NCBI GenBank assembly: GCA_003614675.1
Contig: ML002231.1
Span: 1 to 64,000 of the forward strand
Direction: 5' to 3'
Length of the DNA stretch: 64,000 nucleotides
DNA from: Dimargaris cristalligena
Lineage: Eukaryota
Position 1 is the stretch's first letter; each line of letters begins with the position of its first letter. Under the pieces are notes generated by a model that ran no database searches, was not told the DNA's origin, and saw only the letters and a program-made list of their open reading frames with translations. Below, one piece after another: positions 49,612 through 63,079 of this stretch. The position numbers and the translations under genes were made by a program.

Positions 49612-49750
49612 TATGGGCGAAATTCAAACCAGCTGTATAAGGTTTTACATAATACGCGCATGGGTGAATATATGTAAGACTAGCTTTAAACCAGTAATAT
49701 TGGTCTCATCTAAAGGATTTTTCGTTATACAGCCTGAATGAACTCTCATA
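49612..49750. mobile_element. MITE-like element, copy 2
   Basis: Collinear with 3559..3700. The TIR core GCTGTATAA...TTATACAGC is a perfect inverted pair, and TA lies at both ends. Confidence 0.7.
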
Positions 49751-51626
49751 TATACGAATAAGAGAGGGGGGGTAAAAGGTATCTCACACTTAACCACTGA
49801 TTTAGACTATATTATTATATAATAATTGATTCAATTTTAATCCCATTCTGTAGTTCGTCTAAGAGCTGCCTGTTAGAAATAGGCTAGTCACATGCACACT
49901 CCATTTACGCTTTAAAGAATAAAAAATCCCAACAAATAGTGTCATGCCAGTTAAAAAGGGACATGCCTTTTTAAAAAATATAAGCTCATGACTAAAACGA
50001 CACACACACACACTTACCTAACCCGTAATTCATATCCCAGCTGCCCGAAAAATAATAATCCAGGAAAGTTAATTCATTATGCAGAGCCCCCCCCCACACA
50101 CACACATGCCCAGCAAAAGTAAAAGCTCTCCCTCTATACTGCGGACAAGAAGAGGAGAGTCTAGATAGGGGAGGGCACTTGTGTCCAGAAAGCTCCACCG
50201 GAGCATTCTCTCCGTTCAGAGCATAAGGTAAAAAATGCCATACATTAACCAAATCCGTGAAATCACATAGCAATATATGCTATATGACTAATGCAACACC
50301 AGCCCTTCAAATACTACCCAAATATACCATATTGGTATAAATAGGTTATACCCTATCCCTATTTCAGATTTATAAAAAACCCTTCGGTGCTGGAAATACT
50401 ATTTAAAACGCATATATATATATATATATATTATTATAAGATCGGCAACAAGGGACTATGGATGGAGAAGAAATGGCTCAAATAGCAAGTAAATCAATCC
50501 CACACCTAAAAAGGGGGATCCTGGGTGGGAACGTGAATAAATGTAAGACTGATGTGAGAACAATGCCAAAACACAGCAAAAAATGGGGGGGGACAAAGAG
50601 ATACAAATACAATCGAATAGAAGGATGATGTACGAACTGGTTAGACAGTAAAAATAATAACATATAAAACTCAACAAGATAGAACAAAAAAAAAGGCTCG
50701 GGCGGATTCACGGGTGTAAATCATACACCATCCCATAAACGAGCGGACATACCATAAAAGGCTATCGTAAAAAAAAAGGCATTAAATACTGGAGTAGTCA
50801 CAAAATGCCGACCAAAAGGTAACAACAGCCTCTCAGTCACGGGGTGCTCCCCAACGAAGGCGCCACCGCCCCGGGTCCCAATTCAATGACTGGCCTTATA
50901 CTTGAACCGCGCCCAGGGCCTCTGGCGAAAGGGGTAAAAGAGGGCCCTCTCCACCCAGAAGCCAAGGGGCAGGGTAAATAACCCATTGGGGTCTTTGGGT
51001 TGAAGGGGAGAAAGAGGATTCCCCTAAAGGGAGCTTCACCCTTATTTCCACCCAAGACGAGACGAATTGGGAATCGGTGAATGAGTAGCGCTGGCTGGCA
51101 GTATCTGAAGGTGACATGGCCCGTGAGGAGAAGAGCAGGAGCTTGAAAGGTGGGGTAGGTGTTGGTAGGGTAATGGAGAGAGGGGAACTGGGCCAATTCA
51201 TCGCATTATGGGAATAAAGGCAGGCAGTAATAATGATAAGACATAAGACGGGCAATACTCTAATTGAGGTGGGCCAAAAACACTTGGCAGGAAGAGAGGT
51301 AGTATACACCGAAGTCGGAAAAGAATGGGAGGATATTAATGAGGTGGGGGGAGGCTGGAATCAGCGAGAAGGCTGGAGTAAGGAATAACAAATACATGGG
51401 GGGGGTGACAAGCTGGTACTAGGGTCAAGGTCTGCCTATCCGGTGCTTCATCCAGGGAACTTGAGGAGTTCAAGGGGTACCAAGGAGGAAAAGGGATAGT
51501 AGCGAAAAGACTGATCACAAGAAGGACGAAGGTCTCATTAACCCAAAGCCCGTTGATCCCAGCAATGAGTCAAAGACTGCACAAGTGACACGGGGAGGAT
51601 ATAGAAGCCAATGTCCCTGACTATAT

Positions 51627-52691
51627 TTATTGGAGATTGCCGTTGCCACCGTTATGGAGCCGGCCACCGTGTTGAATTTCCAGCTCCCGGATACGGAGGT
51701 TCTGCTGCTCTACGGTCTTCTCCAGTTGGCGGATGTAGTCCACTGACCGACGAAGAATGGAACCCTTGTTGGGTTTATTGGCACCTTCGGCGTACTGCTC
51801 GGGAAGCATGGCGGAGAGTTCTTGGATCTTTTCGTTGATGTTGTCCCGGCGGCGACGCTCGACAGCATTGTGACTCTCGCGCCGGCGGCGGCGTTTCTCG
51901 TTCATGATAGCAATCTGTTTGGCCATATCACCACCATCTTCAGGATCGAAGATATTGTTAACCAGGGAGGAGTCGGCAGGGCCAAAGGGGAAAGGGGCCT
52001 GTGGGACGAAGCTGGAAGGGTCGAGGCTGCCGGAGAGCCAGTCGGGAGTATGGGTGGGCAGGGACATACTCTGGAAGGCGTGGACGGGTGGACTGGTGGC
52101 CAGCTGGTCAGCGCGCAGGAAGCGACCGTTCAGATGGTTTCCCATTTGAATAGGGATACCGTGGGTGGTGCCGTGGTAACTGCCGGAAGTGAGCTCAGCA
52201 TTTTCATAGATGGTGTTATCACCCAAGGGCGAGTAAAGCATGCCGCCATTGGTGGTAGCGGGGGAGGCGGCGAAGGGGGAGGAGGGGTTCAAGGAGTTCT
52301 GACGCAGGTCGTCAGCGCTGTCCGAGTCACCCATGGAGCGCATATTCATTCCACCAGGACGAGCGATGCTGATGGGGGAGGCAAGGGCGTGAAGGTGGTC
52401 GTTCATATCGGTATCGGGCTGAGTGCCGAGGTCGGGCGAACTGTGGTCAGTCTGGAAAGGTAGCGAGGCGTTGGAAAACGCGGCGTGTACGTTTAGTAGG
52501 TTGGGGTTAATAGTGGTGTTGCTAAAGGAGTTATTGAGGGCTTCGAGGTCGCGCTGCTGTAGCTTATGTTGGTATTGCTGCTGTTGCTGTTGTTGTTGCT
52601 GTTGTTGCTGCTGTTGCTGGTGGTGGTGGTGTTGCTGCTGCTGAGCGTGGAACGCAGCAGGATGGGTCAGCCGGAGCGAGGGTTGGTTCAT
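51627..52691 (-). CDS. bHLH-leucine zipper transcription factor (MiT/TFE-USF-Rtg3-like) with an N-terminal polyQ/H tract
   Basis: EKRRRRRESHNAVERRRRDNINEKIQEL...KPNKGSILRRSVDYIRQLEK followed by a short zipper. First ATG at 52691. Confidence 0.9.
   Translation of the reverse strand: MNQPSLRLTHPAAFHAQQQQHHHHQQQQQQQQQQQQQQQYQHKLQQRDLEALNNSFSNTTINPNLLNVHAAFSNASLPFQTDHSSPDLGTQPDTDMNDHLHALASPISIARPGGMNMRSMGDSDSADDLRQNSLNPSSPFAASPATTNGGMLYSPLGDNTIYENAELTSGSYHGTTHGIPIQMGNHLNGRFLRADQLATSPPVHAFQSMSLPTHTPDWLSGSLDPSSFVPQAPFPFGPADSSLVNNIFDPEDGGDMAKQIAIMNEKRRRRRESHNAVERRRRDNINEKIQELSAMLPEQYAEGANKPNKGSILRRSVDYIRQLEKTVEQQNLRIRELEIQHGGRLHNGGNGNLQ
52574..52643 (-). repeat. CAG/CAA/CAC trinucleotide tract encoding Q4-H4-Q15
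   Basis: The + strand reads TTGCTGCTGTTGCTGTTGTTGTTG...TGGTGGTGGTG... Confidence 0.9.
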
Positions 52692-55600
52692 GGGAGTAGT
52701 GGAGAGGGGGTAGTAGGGAGGTGGGGACAAAGAAAACAACCAGTGGGTGTGTGTGGATACCTAGAAGGCAGCAAAGACGAGAGCTGGCAGGACTGTTACT
52801 CTGAGAAAAGCTGGGAGACAGGCAGAAAGCGAGAGGCGTTGAGGCGGTTGGGTAAGGCTTGGCAATAAACGTGGTTCGGGTTAGGAGGAGTATTACCAGC
52901 AATGGTTGAAGGGAAAAAAGGTTTCGGGGGGAAAGGGAGGAAAGGAAAAGTGACAGGTCTACGGGGGACTCGGGGTAACGAAGTGAGGTTATATATAACA
53001 CCCAAAATGGAAGGGAAGGGGAGAACAATAGGAGAGGCCAGCCAAACAGAACTGGACAGTGGGCCAAGAAAGAGAGGAAAAATAAGGAGAGTGGGAGAGA
53101 GAGACAGGGGAGAAAAAAGGAGGACCAGTCACCGAGTCGAGCCGGTGGGGTGACGAATATTACAATAACAAAAGCACGGGTAAAATAAGAATACCATGTA
53201 TATAGTATTATATACACACAAGAGCGCGGCAGGTGGGTAAGTAAGTAGGAGAAAATCCAGCAAGGCAGACGGAAAAGGCAGGGGTCAGTGTAGAAAGAAA
53301 CAAAGTGGCGGTTATAAGAAGAGAAAAAATAAGTGGGGGGAGGGTTATTATAAGGCAAGGCAAGTCAACAAGGTACTGTTGGGGAAGAAAGAAAGAGAAA
53401 GAGTCAAGGAATGGTGGGGGCGGCTTCTTGCTGAATTATATAAGAGCCCGAGTGAAGAGGGAGAGAGGGAGGAGGACGCATACACCCTTGGACTAAGGGT
53501 ATATGCGCGATGGACCCCATTCGTCGGCCAGTGGGAGGATATATGCGGTATGTGGGGGACAAGAAGAAGGCAAGGCGGGAAATCTGCCGTTTCTAAAAGA
53601 AGGGGCACTGCGCCAGTCAATCACAGCGTCCCTCTTCTCTTCTCTCCTCTCCTCCCCTCTTTTCCACCCTATCCAGCCAGCATATTATTACTCACTCATA
53701 CACCCCATCTTTCTTGACCAACACAGTCCATGGACACTACTTGCCAGCCATTCGAAACGCGAACCCTTCCCTTCCTTATACAACACACACACACGCACCC
53801 ACACACATCGAGACAGTATACAGGCGAACCAACCCGGGCTGCAAGACCAATCGAAAGGCTCGTTCGTACCACTCTCCAGCCAATGGCTGCCACCGTAGAA
53901 GCGATCGATTGACCATGTCAGTAATGAAAAAACGAATGCCCTTGTTCTGTAGTAAGCGGAAAAAAGCAGGGCATTGGGTTACGCACCATCCAACCACCCT
54001 CGTTTCGATTCAGTGTCTATATTGCCCAGCCATTGGATGAGTCATTATCCAACCATACTGGCGTCATTTCTAGATGTGTATACCTTGGTCAGTCCCCCGG
54101 GATATTGCGCCTAAGGAACAAAGTGCCCATCCCTACAACTAACTAATAGGTGGGTGTATCCCCCTCCCATTAACGAACCAAGAGCAGAGTCACTTGCGAT
54201 GGATGAGTCTCTCCCTTCGAACCCGCCCTCCCTCCGTGCTGATAAGCAATTCAGTCGCGCCTCCCCAAAGGAGGAGGAGAGCTAAGGTAAAGGCAACGTG
54301 CATATACCAACAGTAAAGCCGTTTTCTTTAGATATACTCATTCTTATTACTCTAGAGACCAGTCCGACCTGCAGTATCCTCTTCTTTATTCACTGGTACC
54401 TTCACACCTGGGCGACGCCCTCCAGCGATTCGGCTTGTGCCCGGGTGCGGGTCAGGGGTCTGTCGGCCAGGGTAGCGTAACGTACCGGCTTCATTCCGTA
54501 ACCAGCCCCCTTTCTACCTAGACGGAAGTACCCACTTTATATACTTGTTGGGCCCTGGCCCCACCCCCACAGTCGCAATACCCGGTTAGTTGACAACGGC
54601 CATGTGGAGGCGGTCCCCTGAAAAACGCCGCAGCACGCACCCCGGCGTTCTTGCAACCCGGCCGGGGCCAGCAAGGTAATGGCGCTTACTAAATATTAAA
54701 GGGTGTTTATGTGTGGGGGGGGCGATGCCGTTGATAGTAGATAACGGGGGCCTAACACATTAAGGGCATACAAGGGGGGGTCTTTCCCAAAGTGACACAA
54801 AAGGAATACGGCGGGTAGTCGGAGAAATGGGGGGGGGGTGTCTAATACTCCCAATGTAATCCTCCAGGCAGAAGGGCACATGTCCCTGCAAACTGAGTAG
54901 TATAACCAAATTGGACGTTGCACATCCGCTCCGTCTTTCGGTTGATCCACAGTGCAAGAAATTACAGCAAAATAAAATATCTCGGCGGGAAGGGGTTACA
55001 GTAGGCCCATTTTTCCCCCCTAGGTAGAGCGGCTGTTGGCACCAGCAGCGGGTTTCCTTAAACGACCCTCTCTGGGTAACCATTAGTCAAGGCTACTTAC
55101 CCAATACTACCCGCTGAATTCCTAAACGACCGTTTTTAGGCGCCGAATGCGTCAACGTGTGTAAGTCTGGCGTTGACCTGGTGCAACCCGCCACAATCGG
55201 ATGTCTAATCGCTACCCTACCGCTAAGCCACCCTCCTCTGCCTTGTCGCATACCCTGCAGTCTCGTCCCGCTGGTTCCTGCCATTCGCACTTATTAAAAA
55301 CTGGCCCGGGTCCACACTGCCGTAGAAGTGCAACGCCTAGTTCAAAAGAAAACAATAATAACATTCAAGCGTCTGACTACGCCAGGACCGAATGCTAAAT
55401 ACCACCACTTGCCTCGATAACTAGCCTACCTCACTACGCGCCCAATCTTCCTTAGAGGGGGAAGACCTTGCCTATTTGGGGCAAGGAAGACCCAACGTCG
55501 CCATTGCAGCAATATACAAGCCATTCTCCAAGCTGGCCCGGTGAACGTTCTTTTCGCACCCAGCTACCTTCCCCAACCGAGTTCCCGTTTATGTCTCACG

Positions 55601-57797
55601 GGGGGTTTCCCGCTGGGACCTGCGTCAGTGCTTCCGGTTATCCACGGCACTGTATGGCGATGGATTGCTTCGAACCGTCTCAGTATTTCCTGTCGCTTTA
55701 CGCCCATCCTTCCGCCTTGGCCCATCAGATTATTGTAATTCGGCCCGGTCGCCATTTATCACCCACTACACAGGCCACGCTTCCCCAAATCCACCCTTGT
55801 AATCCAAGACCACAGTGGCCCACACCTTTCTAAGCATGGCCCAGCCCAACCGCCGTTGGTGCGGCACCCATATGGTATTTCAGGCCCAGTTCTGCATCAA
55901 CGGCAAATCTAAACGGGATATTCCATTAATCAGCATGGATTCTGGTTCAAATGGTTTAATGGGGGATTAGGGTGTATCCTCCCACGCTTGTCGGGCCTTC
56001 TTCCTTTTATCCATTCGTTTGTATCTGGTTGCCACGGGCCATTTATTCATTATACACTCTGGAGGCATTCGTTTAGAAATGGGCCCTGTGCGGTAAACCC
56101 CCAATTACGCAACCTGTGGTCCGATTAATTAATAGTATGCCAGTGGGTAAGTAAGTAAGTAAATAGGTAAATGAGTGCATTCCGCCAGTAGATGCACCGT
56201 GTCCAGCCCAGGGGCCTCGGATTCTCCTGTATGTATATGTATGGTAGAAATGGTCCCGGTGGGGAAAATAGCCTGTTAAAGAACCATCTCCACGGGATGG
56301 GATGTGTCGCCTTTTCCGTAGTCACCGCGTGTCCCCCCCACAGTGATATGGTCATGTCTATTATTTGTCCCTTTTCTTACTGAAACTAGAGTCTAAAAAT
56401 ATCGGGTGTCCCTTGTAAATAGGCTTCCATCTTCCTCGTTATGATGCCATTGGTTGTTTGGTTAGTTATTCTGATTCTTCTATTAATTCTTTTCCAACCC
56501 CCTTCGCTCTTATCCCTTTTCGGTACTACGTGAAAAAGAGGCGGCTCGCCCAATGGTACGTTTATATATACACACACATATATATATATATATAAACCGA
56601 TTTAAAATAGTAAATGAAGCATGGCCCGGCATCTGCACTGTTGGACTCTATCTACCGCCAATCTTTTTTTAGACCCACCCAACTGTATCGTCCAAATCGG
56701 GCCAGTGGGACCACCCATTTTGAACAATCGATTTTCCCAAAAATTTAAAGACGTGGCGGCAAAACACTGGCGAGACACCCCTCCGACTGCTACGGTCAAG
56801 TACAGTCGTATCCAGAGAACGAACCTTACCAACGCTGTATGATATTAATAGACCATCCCTGTGTCAACAAGGATCCCAACAGCGTTTCATTTTTGTAATC
56901 CGGAGGCAATAAAACCTACACCATTAACCCTGACCCTTGAATTGGCGAAACTGGCTCATTCTGACCATTTCCTTTCTGAAACCATGGATTACATGGGAAG
57001 GGGTTGTTAATAACCCACTTACATTATATATTACCTTACCCTCTTATATCCCAGCCATTTATCTATGCGCCGATCCCCGCCCCTTGGTCCCTGGAGTTTT
57101 CCAGAATCGCTCTTCAACTTCATTGAGCCGTTCCGAGGTACTATTACCTTGCCTGGCTCGTGGTCCGGATGGGGTGGTGGGTTCTTTGTATGGGGGTTAC
57201 TTGGCGAATTAAAATATCCCCAGGCCGGCTTGTATATATACTTTCCCCCTTTGATAAATCACTGCTGCCTAATGAATTAACCCGCCCATCTCCATTTTCC
57301 CCTGGTCATCGGAGTTAAGAGCGGTGGGGTTTACGTCATGCGAACGAGACTTGGGATATAGGCCGTTGGGAATAAAACTGACCAGAGTTTATTATCGAAT
57401 GGGGAGATTCCCAGTTATCCGGGTTTTGCATTTTGCGTATTGGATATTGGGTATTGCGTGTACCCCGTTGTTCCGTCAGCTTTTCAGGAGACTTGCTTAC
57501 TGAAGTGAATCGGCGGATTTCACCTGAAGGGGTTTCTATTTACCTTTTGTATTTTCTCGTTCTTCCTCCATTCCCTTTCTTTGCTAAGGGCAGGAACCCC
57601 CGACCCCGACTTGTGCCTCCTACCCCAGCTTCCGCTTTGCCTTGACAGTCCGCCAAACGCCGGTTCGGTCCAGTCTAATACTCCAAAAGCGGCTGGCTGA
57701 ACGCCTGTAACACCCGTCAGACGTCTGTGTTCAAAATCCGCCGTCGCGGCCTTCCCCCCTCCCTCTCCCCCCCTTATATCTGCAACTCCAGCCCACC

Positions 57798-58769
57798 ATG
57801 CGCCTACCGACTCTGCCCTCCTATCGGTCCGCCCTGTTGACTCTGGGTGCTCTCATGATCGTAGCCCCCCTTGTCGGGGGGTCCAGCGGTGACCGCTCCC
57901 CGCAATTCCGAGTGTGTGTAACTACCTGCGAGAACCTGGTCTGCCAGGACCCCGAACAGAGTCAACTGCCGCTGTCCCTCCGCCTGTTCTTCTGGACCTG
58001 CCCCCAGAACTGTTGTTATGAGTGCATGCAAACCATCACCGAGGCCGCCCGGGAGAACCACCTGCCCATTCACCAGTACTACGGCAAGTGGCCCTTCTAC
58101 CGCCTCGCCGGCATTCAGGAACCCGCCAGTGTTCTGTTCAGTATCCTCAATGGTTACGCCCATTACCGCCACTGGGATCGCGTGCGCTCCGAAGTGAAAT
58201 CGGACTACTTTATGAAGCCCTGGTACCTGGCCTACATTGCCGTAAACGTCAACACCTGGGTGTGGTCGACCGTATTCCATACCCGCGACTTCGGCTGGAC
58301 CGAGAAAATGGACTACTTCTCCGCCGGCTTCTCGGTATTATTTATGCTTCTTGTGGCCCTGATCCGCGCCTTTCATCTGCGGCCCGGTCGTTCGTCCGCT
58401 CTAAAGCCGCTGGTGATGATGCACCTGGCCGCTTTTGTTGCCCATGTCGCCTATTTATCCCTCTGGAAATTCGACTACAGCTATAACATGACCGCCAATA
58501 TCATTGTGGGCCTCATTAGTAATTCGGTCTGGATTTCGTGGTCCTTCAGCAACCGCCTCATCCATCCCTTGGCTTGGCGACCCACCATCTGCGTGCTCCT
58601 GATTTCCGCGGCCACGTCCCTCGAACTGTTCGATTTTCCGCCCCTGTGGGGGATTTTTGATGCTCATTCGCTGTGGCATGCCGCCACTATACCCATCACC
58701 TACATGTTCTACGACTTTATTATCCGCGACACCCAGTGGGACTACAAGTACATGCGGATCAAAGCCTAG
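57798..58769 (+). CDS. PER1: GPI remodelling phospholipase A2 Per1/PGAP3, intronless
   Basis: Signal peptide, SSGD, WTC..NC.YECM, QYYGKWPF, IQEPASVLFS, WSTVFHTRD, TEKMDYF, LELFDFPP, DAHSLWH. Confidence 0.97.
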   Translation: MRLPTLPSYRSALLTLGALMIVAPLVGGSSGDRSPQFRVCVTTCENLVCQDPEQSQLPLSLRLFFWTCPQNCCYECMQTITEAARENHLPIHQYYGKWPFYRLAGIQEPASVLFSILNGYAHYRHWDRVRSEVKSDYFMKPWYLAYIAVNVNTWVWSTVFHTRDFGWTEKMDYFSAGFSVLFMLLVALIRAFHLRPGRSSALKPLVMMHLAAFVAHVAYLSLWKFDYSYNMTANIIVGLISNSVWISWSFSNRLIHPLAWRPTICVLLISAATSLELFDFPPLWGIFDAHSLWHAATIPITYMFYDFIIRDTQWDYKYMRIKA

Positions 58770-59405
58770 ATGTGACGCCATCGAAGCTAATCGTGGTACC
58801 GAACCACCCGCTCCTTCTTTCTCCAGCTTCATTTTAAACCGTCCAACTCTTTATATATAAATATTTCTAATAAATGACACTGTGAAATTCCACGGGTGTA
58901 TCGTCCGAATAATACAGTAGAATCCTTTCAAACAGGCATTATATTCCGCTTAGTTGGTTAATTTTTTTAATATTGTCCGGCTGGTTAGATTTTGATCCAC
59001 AGCCGGAATGTTACCAGTACTTAGTTTTCCGCTTAATATTCGGCAGGTTTCTTTAGCGACACGTCCTGTGAATAATCATTGAAAGAACCATGCTAATAAT
59101 CTAAACCCGAGTAATTGACTTGTAGTTCGTTTCCCCACACTAGCTTCCATGTTCATTGATGATTTCGTTGTGGGGGAAAGTGGGGAGGGGGAGTTTATGC
59201 ACCCTAGTTTAGTCCTATGGGAAATCACTCATCCGGCCATCCTGCCATTCCCTTCCCTTCCCTGCTCTCGTTTCCTTGCATTTCCCCTTTCCTTAGTTTC
59301 CCCTTCTCTTTGTTTTGACCATTGGTGACGTTCCCGCTCATTTTTCGCCGTGTATTTCCTTTAATTCGCCAAACAGTCCGCCCGCGTCCCGACTTAAACT
59401 CCGAC

Positions 59406-62116
59406 ATGGAAGCCACCCCTCCCAGCGGCCCGCCACCCTCAACCGGGTCACCACCACCACGCCAGGACCTGGGGTTTACCGACCTATTGCTCGACATGTA
59501 GGTGTGATGAGCTCTTCTCATTTGTGTTAGTGAATAGAACCCATCTCAATTGACCCGGTAGTTTGACAATACACTGTCAGAAAAGGGACTGGAGAATCTC
59601 GTCAAGAGACCCGCACTTTTCTCTTTTGCTTGAACGTGAAGGGAGCCTTGTCGACTTTCACTCCAGGTTTAGCCAGATAATATATATATATATATATATG
59701 CGTCATGACGCTTGTCCGCCCGACCCCTTCCCCTTCCCCTTCCCCTATTTTCCATTAAAACCAAAGCTTGCCCCTTTCGTTAATGCTTATAACCCCTACT
59801 GAAATCGGCGATGGTGGCCCCATACATTTAGGATGGTCTATATAGGGGATCAGCCGTCGGCCGCCAGTTATGGCCACTGCGCCACTGTTCTAATTCCAGC
59901 CATCGAGCAGCTGGATCAGACAACGCCCGACGTTAATATTGAAGCAGGTACGGATACTGATGCAATGCCTATTGTCACCCTATCTATTGCCATTTCATGT
60001 TGGTCACCTCGATTCAATCTTTCCGGTGTATCTACGGTAATAGAAGAAGCAGAAGGGTTTAACTAATCTTCCTATATTTGGTAATTGCGCATTTTTACTA
60101 TGGATACCATCGTCCCTAGCCCGAACTTTGACCCAGTTTTTGTCTCCTGGATTGGCGGACCCATCTAGCGTAAGTAAATCGAACAGCCCGGACCCAGACT
60201 GGCCCAGTTTCTAAGTTCTCCGGGGCCCATGGGCCGATTTAATACACTATACTTAATTCATGCGAACTCCAATGATCTCATTCTTTGCCTAACACAATCC
60301 TTTATCACTCGCCGCCGCCTTTCTGGAGGCACGCCATCTGTAACTGTCCTTTTAACTATTTTCCTCGATCCCAGTGTTTAGCCATTGCCATGATAAGCTG
60401 CAGTTTTCTCTCTCGAGTGGGCCTCGATCAACTAACCCCCCTACACTCCATCGCTGCCCAAGTAAGCCTTGTCGCTTTGAATGTGATGTAGCACCCTTAA
60501 ATCCAAGGATTCTCTAAACTGGTCGAATTAGCCAAGGACTAACCCACTTTAGTTTTCTCTTCGGATTTCTCGACCCTCTCATCCAACCACGCCTCTGGGG
60601 GGTGTTTTATAGTCTGGCTACGTATCTCAGAACTACTCAACCCTCGTCCCTATTTTGGACCTTGAGACTACGGCGATAAATCCCAAGGCAAGTCCCATAC
60701 CCCTCTTTTACCTGCTACTGTTCAAAGAGTACACTATTTTCAGAGTGTTTTAAATATACCACACACTACCTAATATTATCAATTGGGATTCTCCGCCTGA
60801 TTACGTATATACTCTATGACACTACTGTAATTAGAAATCGGACATCACAGTTGAAGACATCATCAAATATTACTATTTTGCTGGTCTAGCATACATTGCC
60901 CAAGTCAACTACTGCCGGGCTAAAGAGTATCTGACTCTGGTAAGTCATTTTAATCGCAGAACCCCTTATATAACGTGGTTTCAATCTCACAGAATACAGT
61001 TTAACTCATAAGGAAGATTGAAGTTTAGAGATTTCCCGGCCCCCGCTGTTCATGCTCCAGAATTCTGGTTCCAAATTACTCACAACAGCGTCATCTGTTA
61101 ACCAGCTATTTGATGGCCCACTTGGGGTACACTATTGTCGTCCACAACTCAGTGCCTGGTGGTGCCCACCATAGAGATCCACCCATTACAGTCGATTGCC
61201 TACAACAAAGTGTCGCTGGTCAACCTAATCCTTGAGGGCCAGGCATTTTGTATCCCCAAGCTATGTTCGTCTGAGCTCCTTATAGTTGGCCCGCAAAGTG
61301 CATGCCATTCCCTGTTTTGTCGAAAATATCCTGACCTGGATTCTCAGCAACTTCGCACTATATTAGCCACTCACCGAGCCTCGTTTATCCATGTAGGTAT
61401 TTAATTATAGTGGACCATACGACGATCTGATTTCCTAAGGCCCTGTTTGACTATACATGGGTTTGATACCTGGCGCTGGGCGCGCCCGAACACAAAGCGG
61501 TAATTTGCATTGTAGATTCCGTTGGTCACTGATAAGCTCTCGTTTCGACTATCCGGGTGATAATGAGAAATTCAAACCACTGTTTCATTTATATGCAGCT
61601 GCGTGTTAACTACCATACCGTTGATATATAATATATATTGTTTCGCGATTCTAGAGCGGAGATTTGGAGCTGGCCCAGATTGCGGTAGGTTCGGTTGAAC
61701 GTCATCTTCTGAAGAAAATGGCCCGAATCTACACCTGTGTACCCATGTCCACGCTAGCCACCGCCTTGGCTAAACCACAGACTGAAGTTTCCTACGCGAC
61801 CATCGCCCATATCCTAGAGAGTCTGCAGTGCGAGGGCAGTGCGGCTATTCGGATCGAAAATCGCCCACAGCAGTGTCCAGTAGTCCACTTCCTCCCCTCC
61901 AATATTAATGCCATGAACCAGCAGGCGGTTCTTGGACATGAGATCCAAAGGGCCACTCGTTTGCTGGCGGAAGTTAAACAGATTGCTAGTCAGCTTCGCC
62001 AACCGTCGGCGTCCCAGACACCAACCCAACCCCCCAACAACGCCAGTACACACCAAGTAAGTTTAAGGATAATTTTTTTGGTATTTTCATTTCTCTGGTC
62101 TATTTGTATGGCCTGA
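59406..62116 (+). CDS. CSN3: Divergent COP9 signalosome subunit 3 (PCI domain); exons 59406-59497, 59832-59947, 60120-60169, 60375-60461, 60613-60687, 60835-60939, 61153-61392, 61655-62056 or beyond (3' end uncertain)
   Basis: QLTPLHS; IKYYYFAGLAYIAQVNYCRAKEYLTL|CLVVP...AYNKVSLVNLILEG; LELAQIAV...LKKMARIYTCVPMSTLA. These parallel remembered CSN3 motifs (QLTSIH, YYYYGG, YKKYILVSLILLG, IQRLTKTF). Junction phases are consistent. Confidence 0.75.
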
Positions 62117-63079
62117 TAATCCTCAGTTCGTTGGACTTAGTTGGGGCTTATAATGCCTTTACAAAGTCCGATATTACGATGGCTGCGGGTTTTTCAGTAA
62201 AGGGTGTGCATAGTTAATTTCTTACATTTGGTAACGACTATGGAAGACTGTAGTATACGTGTTAACATCATCCCGCTTCGTATCTTTTTGGCCATTTCAT
62301 TGTTGGTAACTGCTCAACTCGGGTTTAGACAAACCCTGAACAATTAGCTGACCTGGATGGTGTGGGTCCTCCATCATCAGAACCGCTTCAGCGGGTGGAT
62401 ATCGTGTGGTTGGATTCAGAAGACAACTGATTTCGCCTATTTAGGGGCCGGGTGGCTGCGTGATTTAATACAGACCAGCCGCAGGTCGAACATAGTTTAT
62501 GGGTGGTTTCTTATAACAGTCCTTCCACACCCACGACGTTTTGCGATTATTAAACCTGGTGTTTTGACCATTTTCAACTGCCGAATTCCCTTCAAAATTA
62601 CTAGTCATTAACACTGCTGTCCTTTCTTAATCGATTGGCAATTGTGCCAATACACTACCGGCTAATAAAACGATATTTTTTAGTGAGGCTGGATTACTTA
62701 CCATTGGGGTATTCCGATAGAAAGGGTTGGGTTGTTCTTTGAAGGGCCAAAAATACAACCAGGCCGCTTTCAACGGCCAGTGTCAAATTGCCCTAAATAT
62801 ACCCTCCCTACTCAACTAAAAAGTCCCACTACGCCCACGTCTGTTTGAATAATTGGTTGCTCATTCCCAATGGGACGCTTTGGCATTAGCAAGGTACTTT
62901 TGACTACTGGATCCATACAGTTCGATTCCTCATTCTTTCGTTCTCACTTTTCAACTGCACCGTCCTCATTCAATCCCAATCTTCGGCGCTATAGCCTTCG
63001 AGTCCCATAGCAGCGTTCTATCCGTTTTCCCTCCAGCCAGATTCTTCTTTATTTCAAGTCGTTTGCATCTGTTCCAACC

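Noticed and set aside
52564..53358. 264-aa hydrophobic minus-strand ORF upstream of the bHLH gene
   Set aside because: Non-ATG start and L/F/S/P composition explained by the pyrimidine-rich leader; it overlaps the real CDS out of frame.
62880..62935. GTTCGATTCC T-loop-like word suggesting a tRNA
   Set aside because: No acceptor stem, D arm or anticodon arm could be folded around it.
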